Shown here: piece after piece, positions 8,159 to 18,700 of the stretch
Numbering within the stretch: position 1 is the stretch's first letter
Layout of the letters: each line of letters begins with the position of its first letter
IMG/VR virus record: IMGVR_UViG_3300025015_000093
Span: 1 to 30,063 of that record
Direction: 5' to 3' (one strand)
Origin: a virus
Taxonomy: Duplodnaviria; Caudoviricetes
Length of the DNA: 30,063 nt
The notes under the pieces: generated by a model
Databases searched by the model: none
What the model was told of the DNA's origin: nothing
Seen by the model: only the letters and a program-made list of their open reading frames with translations
Program-made: the position numbers and the translations under genes

Positions 8159-8869
8159 ATGGGCAAGAGTGGCGGCATCAAGAACGCGAACATCTCCACC
8201 GACTGCGGACTCGACAACCTCAAGATGGCGTTGTTCCGCAACGGCGAGTACAACGGCTTCTTCTGGAAGGACGACTTCTGCTACGCGAATGCCAGCGTCG
8301 CATGGTACGGCGCGGGCACGCCGTGGACGATTGCTGGCACGGGCGGCACCGCCGCCGGACTTGCGGGCCACGGTGGCATCGTGCGGCTGGCGACGAACAG
8401 CAACAACGTAAACATGACAGGCCTTCAGTTGGTGGACTTCGACAAGCGGCCGAAGTTCATCTACTTCTTCCGCACGGCGGCCACGCTGGCTGACTCCGTG
8501 CAGCAGATCGGCATCTACAAGGACGGCAACGAGTTCGCTGTTCTCCAGGCCGACGCGGACACCAACGCGGCGTTCCGGTTCCTGCACGCGGCCGGCGCGG
8601 CCACCACGACCGAGACTTCGAGCGTTCCGATTGTGGCGTCCACTTGGTACGGCCTCGTGCTCGAGGTCGGCGCGCCCACGGGCACCGGCGGCGCCAAGCG
8701 ATTCCCGGTGTCGTGCAAGCTCTACAGCCCGACCAGCCCGACCCCGGCGGTGATCGGTGGCGGGTCAATCACGGACGCTGACACGCACCTTCCCTTCGCG
8801 TTCAACGGTTCTGCCGCGGCGGTTCGCCACCTGGACTTCGATCTCATCGCCATTGCGGCGAACAGGTAG
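8159..8869 (+). CDS. Putative capsid decoration/minor head protein (beta-sandwich)
   Basis: Directly after the capsid gene, GGAGG RBS, capsid-like codon bias, beta-rich with a lectin-like ASTWYGLVLEV segment. Confidence 0.6.
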   Translation: MGKSGGIKNANISTDCGLDNLKMALFRNGEYNGFFWKDDFCYANASVAWYGAGTPWTIAGTGGTAAGLAGHGGIVRLATNSNNVNMTGLQLVDFDKRPKFIYFFRTAATLADSVQQIGIYKDGNEFAVLQADADTNAAFRFLHAAGAATTTETSSVPIVASTWYGLVLEVGAPTGTGGAKRFPVSCKLYSPTSPTPAVIGGGSITDADTHLPFAFNGSAAAVRHLDFDLIAIAANR

Positions 8870-8873
8870 GACC

Positions 8874-9362
8874 ATGCGAGAGTACGCGAAGCCACTGCCG
8901 CCGTTCCTCCGGGTCCGTGCCGCCGAAGGGCTCGAAACGGCGCTCTACGCCTTCGACCCCGACTGCGTGCTGGCCTACAACACCGGCATGGAGCGGTGGC
9001 AGGTCTGGACGCTCGGCAAGGTGTCGCACAACTGGATACCCGTGCTGACATGGGAAACCGAAGAGGGCGAACTGCGGGCGCCCGACCACCTCATGATCGA
9101 GGTCTTGCACCGGGCGCGCCTGGATCGGACGGCCACGCCGCAACTCTACGTGCGCGCGAAGATGGCACAAGAGGCCGACCTCGAACGCAAACGGAAAGCG
9201 GCGGACCTGGAGCAGGACCGGCTTCTCTTCAAGGACAACATCCGCGGCGTCGTGCGTGACGCGGAATCCGTCGGCACGCCGCATTTCCAGACAAAGGAAG
9301 ACCGGCGCCTGATCATGGCCGCTTTCGACCGCGAGTGTGAGGCGCGCGGTGATGGTGAGTAG
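8874..9362 (+). CDS. Hypothetical protein in head-completion position (162 aa)
   Basis: ATG 8874 after TAGGA; fills the gap between its neighbours. Confidence 0.7.
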   Translation: MREYAKPLPPFLRVRAAEGLETALYAFDPDCVLAYNTGMERWQVWTLGKVSHNWIPVLTWETEEGELRAPDHLMIEVLHRARLDRTATPQLYVRAKMAQEADLERKRKAADLEQDRLLFKDNIRGVVRDAESVGTPHFQTKEDRRLIMAAFDRECEARGDGE

Positions 9363-9364
9363 AC

Positions 9365-10087
9365 GTGATCCGCTCCGAAGCGAGAACGCTTCTCTCCCTG
9401 GTCATCAACAGGGCCTCGAACTCCACCCGGTGGGGCCTTGACGAACTCAATCTCTGTCTCCAGCAGGGCAACAATGAGGTCTGGTATCACGTAGCGAAGA
9501 AGGGCGTGTCGCACCTTCTGGCGCGCGTGTCGTTCACGTTTCCAGCCACGGCGGATCGCGTGGATCTTTCGGCCGAGGGCTACATCGGCAGCCAGTGGGA
9601 CCGCGTGATCCGTGTCGTGTCCACACCAAACAGCGGCGCACCGGGGCCGGGCAATGTCCCGTCTGACCTGGAGCCCGTTGACTTCCCGTCATCTGGAGGC
9701 ATCGCGTACCCGCTCGGGTATTCCATCGCTAGCACCAGCTACCCGTGGAATGTGGGCACGTGGCGGTACGCCATTCAGGGCAACTACCTCTACGTGGTGC
9801 CCGGGGGCACACAGCAAAACCTGACCGTGGAGTACGTTCCAGTTGCGCCGAATCTGTCCGACGGGGCGACGCCCGACAACAACGTCCTGCTCGGCGGCCA
9901 ACTCCTGCGGCTCCATCAACTCGTCGTGCTCGAGGCCGCACTGACCGCGTTCTCGAAGTCGGAAGAGGCGATTCCCGAGGGACTGGCGACGAAGCTGAAG
10001 CAGGAGAGGGAGATGCGCGACTCGTACCTCGCGACCCCACGCACCGCACACCGGCCACGCTCCGTGCGTATGCCCTACGGGCCGTGA
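9365..10087 (+). CDS. Head-to-tail adaptor (tail tubular protein A-like)
   Basis: GTG start; helical N-terminus (WGLDELNLCLQQG), LYVVP...LTVEY, HQLVVLEAA; precedes the nozzle-like gene. Confidence 0.7.
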   Translation: MIRSEARTLLSLVINRASNSTRWGLDELNLCLQQGNNEVWYHVAKKGVSHLLARVSFTFPATADRVDLSAEGYIGSQWDRVIRVVSTPNSGAPGPGNVPSDLEPVDFPSSGGIAYPLGYSIASTSYPWNVGTWRYAIQGNYLYVVPGGTQQNLTVEYVPVAPNLSDGATPDNNVLLGGQLLRLHQLVVLEAALTAFSKSEEAIPEGLATKLKQEREMRDSYLATPRTAHRPRSVRMPYGP

Positions 10088-10088
10088 C

Positions 10089-11885
10089 ATGGCGACAAAG
10101 GAAACACACAAGGTCGTGGCGCCACACAAGGGCTTGCAGACCGTGCCGTCGCGGTACGCCGCCGGCTTCTCGGCATTCGAGGCCAACACGGATTCGAGTG
10201 GGGGCACGATCCGCACGCGGCCCGGCTACACACGACTCGCCGCCATCGGCGGTCCCGGGCGGGGACTCTACGGCATGGAAACCGTGGACGGCCAGCGGTA
10301 CCTGCTCACGATCCGAGTCGTCCACGACACGCCCACCGCACAGGGCAGCGTGGACTTCTTCCTCTACAACACGTCAGGGGTGGTCGTTCTCAGCGTGCGA
10401 CTAACCAACGCCTCGGCGACGAAGGCCCCGTGGGTATTCGGAGAGGTCGGCGACATCGCCTATTTCTCGAACGGTTCGTCGCCCGTCTACGCCTTTGACC
10501 CGCTGGTGTTCTCTGTGGCCGAGGTTGCCGCGATTCCGGGCGAAAGCTCGGGGCAAAACAACTATCTGGCGCGGATGCCGCGACCGTCCATCATCGCGGC
10601 ACACGAGGGCCAGGCGCTCTACGGTGGACTCGCCGCATTCGTCGATGTCCCCGTGACGAACGAGGTCCAGTTTCCGCAAGACATTCTCATGGGCGCCATG
10701 CTGAAAACCGCGCAACCCGAGAAGGCGTCTTTCGTGATCTACACCGACCGCATGGTGGTGTTCTCGGACTGGGGTGGCCCCAACAAGATCGCGCTGAGTT
10801 CCTGGTTCGGCGTCTTCGACGGGGAACCCATCACGGGCCTCGCATCCCTCGACGGCACCGTGTACGTGTTCACCCGCACCGCGATCTACATCACGACGGG
10901 CTTGAATGTCGGCGCCGACCAGAGCTACCAGACGCACAAGATCGCGGAGCACGTGGGGTGCGTGGCCCATCGCACCATCCAGCAGGTCGGCAGCCGCCTC
11001 GTTTTTCTCGCGGAGGATGGCGTCTACGCCATTGGGCCGGAGGGGCTTGCCAAGGTGTCGCCACCGCTCGACTGCTTGATGTCGAACACGTGGCAGCCGA
11101 CGATTCCTCGTGCATGGTGGCCGCTCCTTCTCGATATTGGGTACCCCTGGCGCGTGTCGCACGGCGCGATGTCTCGCGCTTCTGCGGTCACGGTTCCTCG
11201 TCAGGGGTACTACCTCGTGACGATCCCCACGGCACGCGGCGGTGACTTTGGCTTGACTCTGGCGTGGAACTACCAAGACGACACATGGAGCCCGTGGCTG
11301 CCATACCAGGCCGCGGGCCGGGCGGCGTCTGGTTTCGAGCCCTCGGCGTGGACCCGTTTCCGTACCGACCTCGAAACGGTGTACTTCGTGAACGAGAACG
11401 GCGACCTGTGCCGCCTCAACCCGTTCGGGTCGCGCACATTCGACCGGGACAAGACGACGGGCGCTGCGGCCAGAATCCCGATGTACTGGGCAACGCCGCT
11501 TACTCCCGTTGCGGCGGCGGAACACCGGGCGGCCTACAAAGTGCTGTTCCACCTGAAGGGCACGGGCAAGTCCACGACCGACGGCTACCCGACGTGGGTT
11601 ATTTCCTCGGAAGAGGCGTCGTACACCATTGGCGTGGAGCATTCCGGCACATTCGAGATGCACCCCGGTGCCGGGCTCACTCCGCCCGACACGTACTTCT
11701 ACAACTCGTGCAAGTTCAACGACGGCACGAAGTACACACCGCAGACCGACGTGACAGTGGAGCAAGAGTTCAACGTCGTGGGCCGCCGCATCCAGATAGG
11801 CGTGAGTGAAGCGTCATCGGTCGGGATTCGACTGGAACTACAGGGTATCACGTGCGAAAACATGATACTCGGGATGGCGCCATAG
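10089..11885 (+). CDS. Tail nozzle / packaged-DNA stabilisation protein (P22 gp10 / tail tubular B-like)
   Basis: 598 aa beta-propeller-like; GTIRTRPGY, GEPITGLAS..VYVFT and VGCVAHRTIQQVGSRLVFLAEDGVY motifs. Confidence 0.8.
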   Translation: MATKETHKVVAPHKGLQTVPSRYAAGFSAFEANTDSSGGTIRTRPGYTRLAAIGGPGRGLYGMETVDGQRYLLTIRVVHDTPTAQGSVDFFLYNTSGVVVLSVRLTNASATKAPWVFGEVGDIAYFSNGSSPVYAFDPLVFSVAEVAAIPGESSGQNNYLARMPRPSIIAAHEGQALYGGLAAFVDVPVTNEVQFPQDILMGAMLKTAQPEKASFVIYTDRMVVFSDWGGPNKIALSSWFGVFDGEPITGLASLDGTVYVFTRTAIYITTGLNVGADQSYQTHKIAEHVGCVAHRTIQQVGSRLVFLAEDGVYAIGPEGLAKVSPPLDCLMSNTWQPTIPRAWWPLLLDIGYPWRVSHGAMSRASAVTVPRQGYYLVTIPTARGGDFGLTLAWNYQDDTWSPWLPYQAAGRAASGFEPSAWTRFRTDLETVYFVNENGDLCRLNPFGSRTFDRDKTTGAAARIPMYWATPLTPVAAAEHRAAYKVLFHLKGTGKSTTDGYPTWVISSEEASYTIGVEHSGTFEMHPGAGLTPPDTYFYNSCKFNDGTKYTPQTDVTVEQEFNVVGRRIQIGVSEASSVGIRLELQGITCENMILGMAP

Positions 11886-12557
11886 ATGTTGCAGCGCCGC
11901 ATCAGTCCGCACGCCCGCCCCGCCGTCCCAACGAAGAGACAGGGACAACGCGCGCTGGCCGATCTCAGCCTGAAGCAGCACATCGTCGTGAAGCCAGGCA
12001 CCGCGATCCAGCCGATCATCAACGCCTCTCTCGCGGGGCAGAGCATCTACCTGCTGCCGGGCGAGCATCCCGTCTACGAACCCTTGGTACTACGCGGCGA
12101 CGGTGCCGCCCTGTTCGGCCAACGTGGGGCTACGATTCTGCGGAAACTCCGGGCCTTTACGGAACCCATGCTGTCGATTCCCGCCAGCACCGGAGGGAAC
12201 CTGACCGAACGCTGTACCATCGCTGGACTCACGCTTACGTGCAAGTACGGGACGGGCAGACAGATCGAACTCAAGGGTCGTGACCACGTGCTCTCAGACG
12301 TGATCTGCGCTGCCGAAGTGGGCGTGCAGATGGCCGCCGGGATCTGGTGTGAGGCAGGATTCACCCTGCTGCACAACTGCTACGTGTTCACCGACGCACT
12401 GGCCCGCAGCGAAGCCGAAATCTGGATTCCGGATGGGACGATGAAGTGTCGCGTGTGCTCATCTTGCGCTCCGGCAGCGGGGGCGGTCATCAGCTATCGG
12501 GGAATCGATCTGCACGTCAACAATGGGGCCAACATCCCGGCCGTCACGGTGAGGTAG
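11886..12557 (+). CDS. Short right-handed beta-helix (pectate-lyase-like) tailspike-type protein
   Basis: IQPIINASLAGQSIYLLPGEH...LFGQRGATIL matches the usual beta-helix cap; follows the nozzle gene. Confidence 0.6.
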   Translation: MLQRRISPHARPAVPTKRQGQRALADLSLKQHIVVKPGTAIQPIINASLAGQSIYLLPGEHPVYEPLVLRGDGAALFGQRGATILRKLRAFTEPMLSIPASTGGNLTERCTIAGLTLTCKYGTGRQIELKGRDHVLSDVICAAEVGVQMAAGIWCEAGFTLLHNCYVFTDALARSEAEIWIPDGTMKCRVCSSCAPAAGAVISYRGIDLHVNNGANIPAVTVR

Positions 12558-12560
12558 AAC

Positions 12561-13076
12561 ATGGCAATCATACTTCCAGCCTTTGCCATCGGCGAGACCA
12601 TCGATGCGATCAAGATGCAGGCGTTCGCGGATGCAATCACCGCGAAGTTCAACGCACTCATCGACGAAACGGACACGAAGTATCCGAGCGCCGTGGACTC
12701 CATCCCGTTCGTGGTCGTTGGCGCGCTCGGCGCGGCCACGGGCAGGTGTGTGGTGGCGGTTCCGTCCGCGTGCTACGCGACGTTTGTCTCCGCTCGCATC
12801 GGGGCGGCCGGCGGCGACACGATCAACCTTGACATCGAGTGGTCCATTGATGGTTTCGCAACGGTCAACAACCTGTTCGCTGCGCCGGGCACAGTGCTTC
12901 TCACGGGCGGGCCGACGGCATCGGTCTATTCCGGCGCCCAACTCGCAAACCAGAGCATCCCCGCCAACGCGCAGATGCGGATCAACCTAGTGGTCGGCGG
13001 TGGCGCTCCGGTTGACCTTACCGTGCTGGTGCGGACAAAGCGGTATGCCGTGCAGTACAATAGCAACCCGGCGTGA
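12561..13076 (+). CDS. Putative tail/fibre-associated structural protein
   Basis: GAGG RBS; N-terminus FAIGETIDA...KFNALID resembles fibre attachment segments; beta-rich C-half. Confidence 0.55.
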   Translation: MAIILPAFAIGETIDAIKMQAFADAITAKFNALIDETDTKYPSAVDSIPFVVVGALGAATGRCVVAVPSACYATFVSARIGAAGGDTINLDIEWSIDGFATVNNLFAAPGTVLLTGGPTASVYSGAQLANQSIPANAQMRINLVVGGGAPVDLTVLVRTKRYAVQYNSNPA

Positions 13077-13084
13077 GGTGACAC

Positions 13085-14359
13085 ATGGGCTTCGGCATTG
13101 ATCCCAACCAGAAGAAGAAGGCGAAGGCTGGTCCGTTCGGCGTGGACGCCACGGCGGCGGGTGCCAGCAAGGGCGGCGGATTCGCGTCGAAGTACGCGGC
13201 CGAAGACACGGACATGTCGGCGGCACAACCCGGCCCTGGCGTCGGGGAGGCGAACGTCGGCAAGCAGGAGATGGCTGCGCCCGAAGCCGGGCCGAAACTG
13301 AAGTACATCCCTGGGGGCAAGGAGACCCCGACGCCTGGCAGTGAAAAGCACCCAGCGGAAGACAGCGGGGGTGGCATGGGAGGTCCATCAGCTCTCGACG
13401 ACAGCGAAAACATGGCCCGCTTTGTGAAAGGGAATATTCCCGAAGATAGCGAGACAACGACATTTGGCCCTGACGGAGAAGTCCACAAGTGGAAGGGCGG
13501 CAAGGAGATTTCTGCGACTGGAGAAGTGGGAGGGACAGACTCACAATGGGCTCCGAAATGGGGAAAGGCCAAGGGGGAGCGAGAAATCCTCGGCGCACTA
13601 CAGGGAGAAGGCGTTGATGATCAACTCGCCGCCCTGGAAGCGCAGAAGCAGGCCGGGCTCGGGAACCTCGAAGCCGAAGAGGCGCAGGGCGTCCAGGATC
13701 TCGCCCAGTCTATGAACGAATCCGGCATCGGCGTGTCCGGCGCGTTCGGCGCGGGCAAGGAGGGCTACACCACTGCCGCCAACCTTGCGCAGCAGTCGTA
13801 TGCCGCAGACATGGATGTCCAGAAGGCGCAGATGGAAATCGACTGGAAGGTCAAGAAGCTCGAAACGCAACTCTCGGTCTGGGGCACGACGATGACCGAG
13901 GAAAACAAGAAGGCAATACAGGACGAGATCAACAAGCTCAAGAAGGAGGGCACCGATCTGGAGAAACAGGCCACCTACGAGTCGGCCAGCGACGTAATGC
14001 AGACGACGCTTGCCAATGCCATCGCCGACTATGACAAGTCCGACGGTCCCGATCTGCCCGCGGGCGTGAAAAATGACGCCTACAAGGCACAGGGAGAACT
14101 ACTGCAAGCCGTTCAAGACGGCAAGTTGACCTACCAGGAAGCTGAGGCCCTGTTCGCCGAGTACGTGTCGTTGATGCAGACTTCCGAATACATGGGCGGG
14201 AAAGTCGACGCCGAGGGCTTCTATGCTTCCGTAGAGGCGTGGAAGAAGAAGATAGACGAAAAATACGGCACCCAGTTGGGCGAAGTGCCGCCCACGGACG
14301 AAGAGGTTGCCTCGGGCGCGGCACGGAACAAGGCGCTGTTTGAGGGCTTTGGCGTATAG
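13085..14359 (+). CDS. Putative internal virion / DNA ejection protein 1
   Basis: GAGG RBS; disordered G/K/E-rich N-half, coiled-coil middle; position after tail genes. Confidence 0.6.
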   Translation: MGFGIDPNQKKKAKAGPFGVDATAAGASKGGGFASKYAAEDTDMSAAQPGPGVGEANVGKQEMAAPEAGPKLKYIPGGKETPTPGSEKHPAEDSGGGMGGPSALDDSENMARFVKGNIPEDSETTTFGPDGEVHKWKGGKEISATGEVGGTDSQWAPKWGKAKGEREILGALQGEGVDDQLAALEAQKQAGLGNLEAEEAQGVQDLAQSMNESGIGVSGAFGAGKEGYTTAANLAQQSYAADMDVQKAQMEIDWKVKKLETQLSVWGTTMTEENKKAIQDEINKLKKEGTDLEKQATYESASDVMQTTLANAIADYDKSDGPDLPAGVKNDAYKAQGELLQAVQDGKLTYQEAEALFAEYVSLMQTSEYMGGKVDAEGFYASVEAWKKKIDEKYGTQLGEVPPTDEEVASGAARNKALFEGFGV

Positions 14360-14368
14360 GAGACGACA

Positions 14369-15775
14369 ATGGCTTTCTGGAAAGGCTACGACCCAGTAGA
14401 AACCGTCAAGGCGCAGCGGTGGCGTCCATCTCCGTGGACTCTGTTCAAAGAGGGCGCCGCTGAGGGCTTCGGCAAGGCCATTGTCGAGGCTCCCATTCGC
14501 TTCGGCACCGAGATCGCGGTGGATTACGTGTCCCCGACGCGGCAACGCGAGCGGGAGCACATGGGGGCCGTGGAGAAGCAGGCGGCTGGTGTGCTTGCGG
14601 AGACAACGGCGGAAAACAAAGCCAGGGGCGAGCGTGCGACAGCGACGGCCAAGGCGCTGTTTGATAAGGCCACGAAGGATCGCCAGCAGCGCGAGGAGCA
14701 AAGCCGCAGGCAGGCAGGGGCCTTCCTCGTCAGTCCTGAGGTGCCGAGGGCGCCTGGCGCTGGCCCGCGAAGCGAAGAGGTGCCGTTGCCCGAAATCGGC
14801 CCGGTCGTGCCGCCGCCGCCGTCGCGGGTGCTTCCGGCTGGCGCACAGGGGTTGCTGGACACGATCCGCACTGGCAGACAGGCTGCCGAGCAACGCGAGC
14901 AAACGCAGGGGTTCGCTCCCATCGCCGGCCCGAAATCGCCCATGCCTCGCGCGGTGGAATCATTCGGTGCTCGACAACTCCGTGCAGAGCCCGGCCGTGC
15001 GCCGTCCTATCGGGTGGAGCCCGAAACGGGGAGACATCTCGCTCGCGGCTACATTTCGGGAGAACCGGGTGCGGGGGAAGAGGAAATCGTCCTGCCGGGT
15101 TCGGTGCAGAGCGAGTTCGACATCATGTTGCAGCAGGCACGAACCGAGAAGGAAAGGGCTCTGGCCGCGAAGGCGCTCCGACAGGGAACGGGAAGGGGCG
15201 GGGCACGCGAGAAGCCCTGGACGACGGTTGACATGGGGAGAATTGGCGACCAGTACGGTCTCGACAGCCCTGAATACCGTGCGGCGGCGGGTGCGGTGCA
15301 GGCCGGGGCTGGGGCCAGAAAGTGGGCCGAGCTTCTGAAGTCGCAACGAGCCTTTGCTGGCGGCATGACGGGCGGTGCCCCCCCGCCGGCTGGCCAACCT
15401 ACCAAGCTGACTCCCGCCGAAACACGCGCACGGGCCGACGAGCGAGCGGACTCCCGACAGAAACTTGCCGAACTCAAGGAAGAACGGATTTCCGACGCAG
15501 CCGCAGTCCGCGAAGGCCGGCTGGATCGGGGTGAAGCGGCGCGTCGTGCCGCCCTGCGGGTCCAGGCCGCCGGCAAGGTGGACATTTTCAGCGATCCCGA
15601 ATTGCTGGACATGAAGGACGAAATCCTGCGTGGCGCCATGAGCGGAACCGTGTCACCGCCGCAAGGAAAGACCTACGATCTGGATGTTCTCATACAGAAA
15701 CTGGAGGGCGGCGGCAAGTTGAGCCCAGCCGAACGGACATGGTTTGATGCCGAAAAGAAGCGACAGGGGATGTAA
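14369..15775 (+). CDS. Putative internal virion / DNA ejection protein 2
   Basis: AGGAG RBS; helical, A/R/E/P-rich, no Cys; synteny. Confidence 0.6.
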   Translation: MAFWKGYDPVETVKAQRWRPSPWTLFKEGAAEGFGKAIVEAPIRFGTEIAVDYVSPTRQREREHMGAVEKQAAGVLAETTAENKARGERATATAKALFDKATKDRQQREEQSRRQAGAFLVSPEVPRAPGAGPRSEEVPLPEIGPVVPPPPSRVLPAGAQGLLDTIRTGRQAAEQREQTQGFAPIAGPKSPMPRAVESFGARQLRAEPGRAPSYRVEPETGRHLARGYISGEPGAGEEEIVLPGSVQSEFDIMLQQARTEKERALAAKALRQGTGRGGAREKPWTTVDMGRIGDQYGLDSPEYRAAAGAVQAGAGARKWAELLKSQRAFAGGMTGGAPPPAGQPTKLTPAETRARADERADSRQKLAELKEERISDAAAVREGRLDRGEAARRAALRVQAAGKVDIFSDPELLDMKDEILRGAMSGTVSPPQGKTYDLDVLIQKLEGGGKLSPAERTWFDAEKKRQGM

Positions 15776-15780
15776 TAGGC

Positions 15781-18700
15781 ATGGCTCTTCCTGTCACACA
15801 AGATGCGCTCAAGGACATCGAGGATCTCAGGAAACTCGCGACCCGCAACGCCATCACTCCGCCCGCGGACTCGTTCCTGGTCAAACTCGGCACGTCCATG
15901 CTGCCCGAGGAGCCCGCATCGCTCATCCAGTCCCCTGAGACGGTGGCACGCGCGGCAGACGAACGGCGACAGAGCCAAGCCGTAGCCGCGCGAGAGATAG
16001 AACTAGAGACGCCGCATCCTCTGCCGCCCGGCATCCAACCCGTGACCGTAAAGGAGCCCGGAATGGGCATCGGGCGCACTCCGGGGTTTCAACTTCCGGG
16101 GCCGAGTGTGGATGAACCCGGCGCCGAGCCCCGCCGTGTCTATGGATGGTCGCCGGAAGCGGCTCGGAAACTCGGACGTATCGCCGAGATCAAGGGCCCA
16201 TTCAGTGAGATACAGGGGGAGGAAGTCGAACGCAAGGCCGCGTGGCGCAAGGCCGCGAACGAACGCCGACTAGTGAACCTCTCGGAGATCCGCGAAGAGA
16301 TGACTGGCATCCGACCGTCCGAAGTGGAGACGGGCGTATCTGGCGAGAAGGAGCCCATTGACTGGAGACCGTCGTTCCCTGAGAAAGTGCGTCGCGGCGT
16401 CGTTGCGGTGGGGGAGGGCACCCTGGCTGCTGCCGTGGCTCTCGGTAAGGCCGCGCCGGGTATCGTCCTTCGAGACCCGGTGACACAGCGCGCAATCGCG
16501 GAGACCGCCATCGACACGGCGGAGCAACTGGGCGAGTTCGGCAAGGTGCTCGCCGCCGATCCCGTGGGCGTCCTCTCGAAAATGTGGGAAGAAGATCCGG
16601 TGATGGTCGGGCAGATTCTCGCCATTCCGCTCAGTGGCGGCGGGTCGATCCTCACCGCGCTTGAACGGCTGTCCACGCGGATTCCCAAGCTCGCGGGCGT
16701 GCTGAAGACCGTCGGCAAAGTAGGCAGGGTGATGAAGGCCGCGGGCGGTCAAGCCGCTGCGGCGCCCGTCAAACTCGGGTTGACAGCCACGGGCCTGCCG
16801 CTCCCCGGGTCGTACGTCTACGACGCAAGCAAGTTCATTGCGGGCTCAGACATCATGCCGCCGTCGCTGCGTTCTGCCGCGCGTCGTGTCGTCTTGAAAC
16901 CCACGGCGGCAATCGAGACGCTTTCGCCGGAACTTCGGGCGTTGGCCCGAACGCAGACGATGCCGGGCGTCGAAGATCGGATCGCTGCCGAGGCCGCTCT
17001 GTCGAAACTGTATGGAATGGCAGAGGACACGGTACATCCCATTTCCGGTGAAGTAACGAAGACCCGCGACCTGTTCACCGAGATCGTCCACGCGCAGCCG
17101 GAACACTGGCGCAAGCAAGTCGCGCTGGAGGGTCGCTCGACGCAGTGGGTTGACCCGAAGACGCAGGCGCGCTACGGCGGCAAGGTCGCGCTTCCCGACG
17201 ACGAAGTGACGCTCGCTCGCCTCAAGATGGTAGACGAGCCGGAGGGGCTGGACGGCAGCGAGTTCATGCGCAAGAAGCTGCTCGCACGGCAGTTCGCGGG
17301 CGACAAGGAACTGCCGCCGACGCTGGAAGAGTACGGCGTCACGGTCCAGTGGCGAGATGCGGCGGGCAAGGTCTACAAGCCCAAGGATCTGCCCCCTGAC
17401 GCGGCGAAGCTCAAGGGGCTTACCGTCGAGTACGTGCCTGTGGACTCCGGCAGGGCGCCACCACAGGAAGCGCCGTGGCGACTGTCCTTCCAAGAAAAGC
17501 AGGAGCAGACCGGCGTGCCGATTCGACCCGCGCCGGAACGCACCGGCCCGCCCGAACTCGGCGAGCCCGTCGCCGCGATAAACCAGCGGGAGATTGAGTT
17601 TCCACTACCGGAGAAGGGGCCTGCGCCGAAGCCGGGCCAGACCATCGGGGGGCTACCCACCCCCGTGCGTGAGGGCGTCGATTTCTCTGCGGGCGCTCCC
17701 TGGTCCCGGCCCGTGGATTGGGAGAAGCTGCCGCCGGACATCGTGGGGGCAGAGCGGGTGGATTTCCCGATCATGCCTCCGCCGGGGTTCTCGACGGCGG
17801 CCAAGACGGCCGAGAGAGTGGCCGGAAAACCGCTACCAAAGCCAACCATCGCCGCGCCGCAGATCGTTTACGAAGTACTCAAGAACCAGAGCGCTGCTCC
17901 ACTGCGCGCGTTCGACGTGACCGCAGACCAGTTCGTTGCTCGCTTTCAGGGGCGCCCCGAGATCCAGAACATGCACCCCTACAACCGCGCCGTGGCGTTA
18001 CGGGAAGCGCACCGGGAGATCGTCACAAAGCTCCGCGAGAAAGGGCATCCGATTGCCCCCGGAGTGCTGGCCGAGTACCCGGACGTCGCGGCGACTGGCG
18101 AATCTGACATTCAACTTGCGCGAGAATTCACGCCGCCGCCCGAGAAAGCCACGGGCGAGCTTCGCATGGGGCCAGTCGAGGTCACGCCACCGCCCCCGGA
18201 ACCGCGTCTCTTTGAGGCAACCGAGCAGCGCGGCCCGCCGTCCGTTCTCCGCCGGCCGCGCCCCAAAGTTGGACCGCCAACAGCGCCGCTTCCCGAGCAA
18301 GAATCCCGGTTCGCCGTTGGGGCACCACCGGAGGGACCGCGACCGCTGCCGCCTTCCGGGCCGACGGGCGTGCTTGGCAAGCGCGACGCGCCGGAGGTGC
18401 CATTCTTGCGACCCGGAGAGGCGTACCCCGGCCCGCCGCGCGGACTGCCCGATGGCGCGGCGGTCCAGGGAGAACTGCCGCTGATACCTCCGCCACGCGG
18501 CGGACTGCCGACGCCGTTCAAGCCGATCACGCTCGCCCCGGAGGGCCAGCCGCCACTCGTGGTGTCAGAGGGACCGGGCGGGAGGATGGTTGCGGCAAAG
18601 CCTACAGAGCCGCCCAAGATGCGCACCCCGAAGTTGCCGAAGATGTCCGATGAAAACCGGAGCCTTGTCCGCGATATCGTGCAGCCCGTCCGCCAGGTCA

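Noticed and set aside
5826-8159. 777-aa minus-strand ORF, and similar long antisense ORFs at 3687-5147, 10401-11765 and 21501-23576
   Set aside because: Shadow ORFs opposite well-supported genes; strong GC3 bias removes antisense stops; no motifs.
8060-8160. T7 10A/10B-style frameshift fusing the capsid to the 8159 protein
   Set aside because: The 8159 frame is closed by TGA at 8084-8086 and TAA at 8141-8143, and there is no slippery heptamer at the capsid 3' end.
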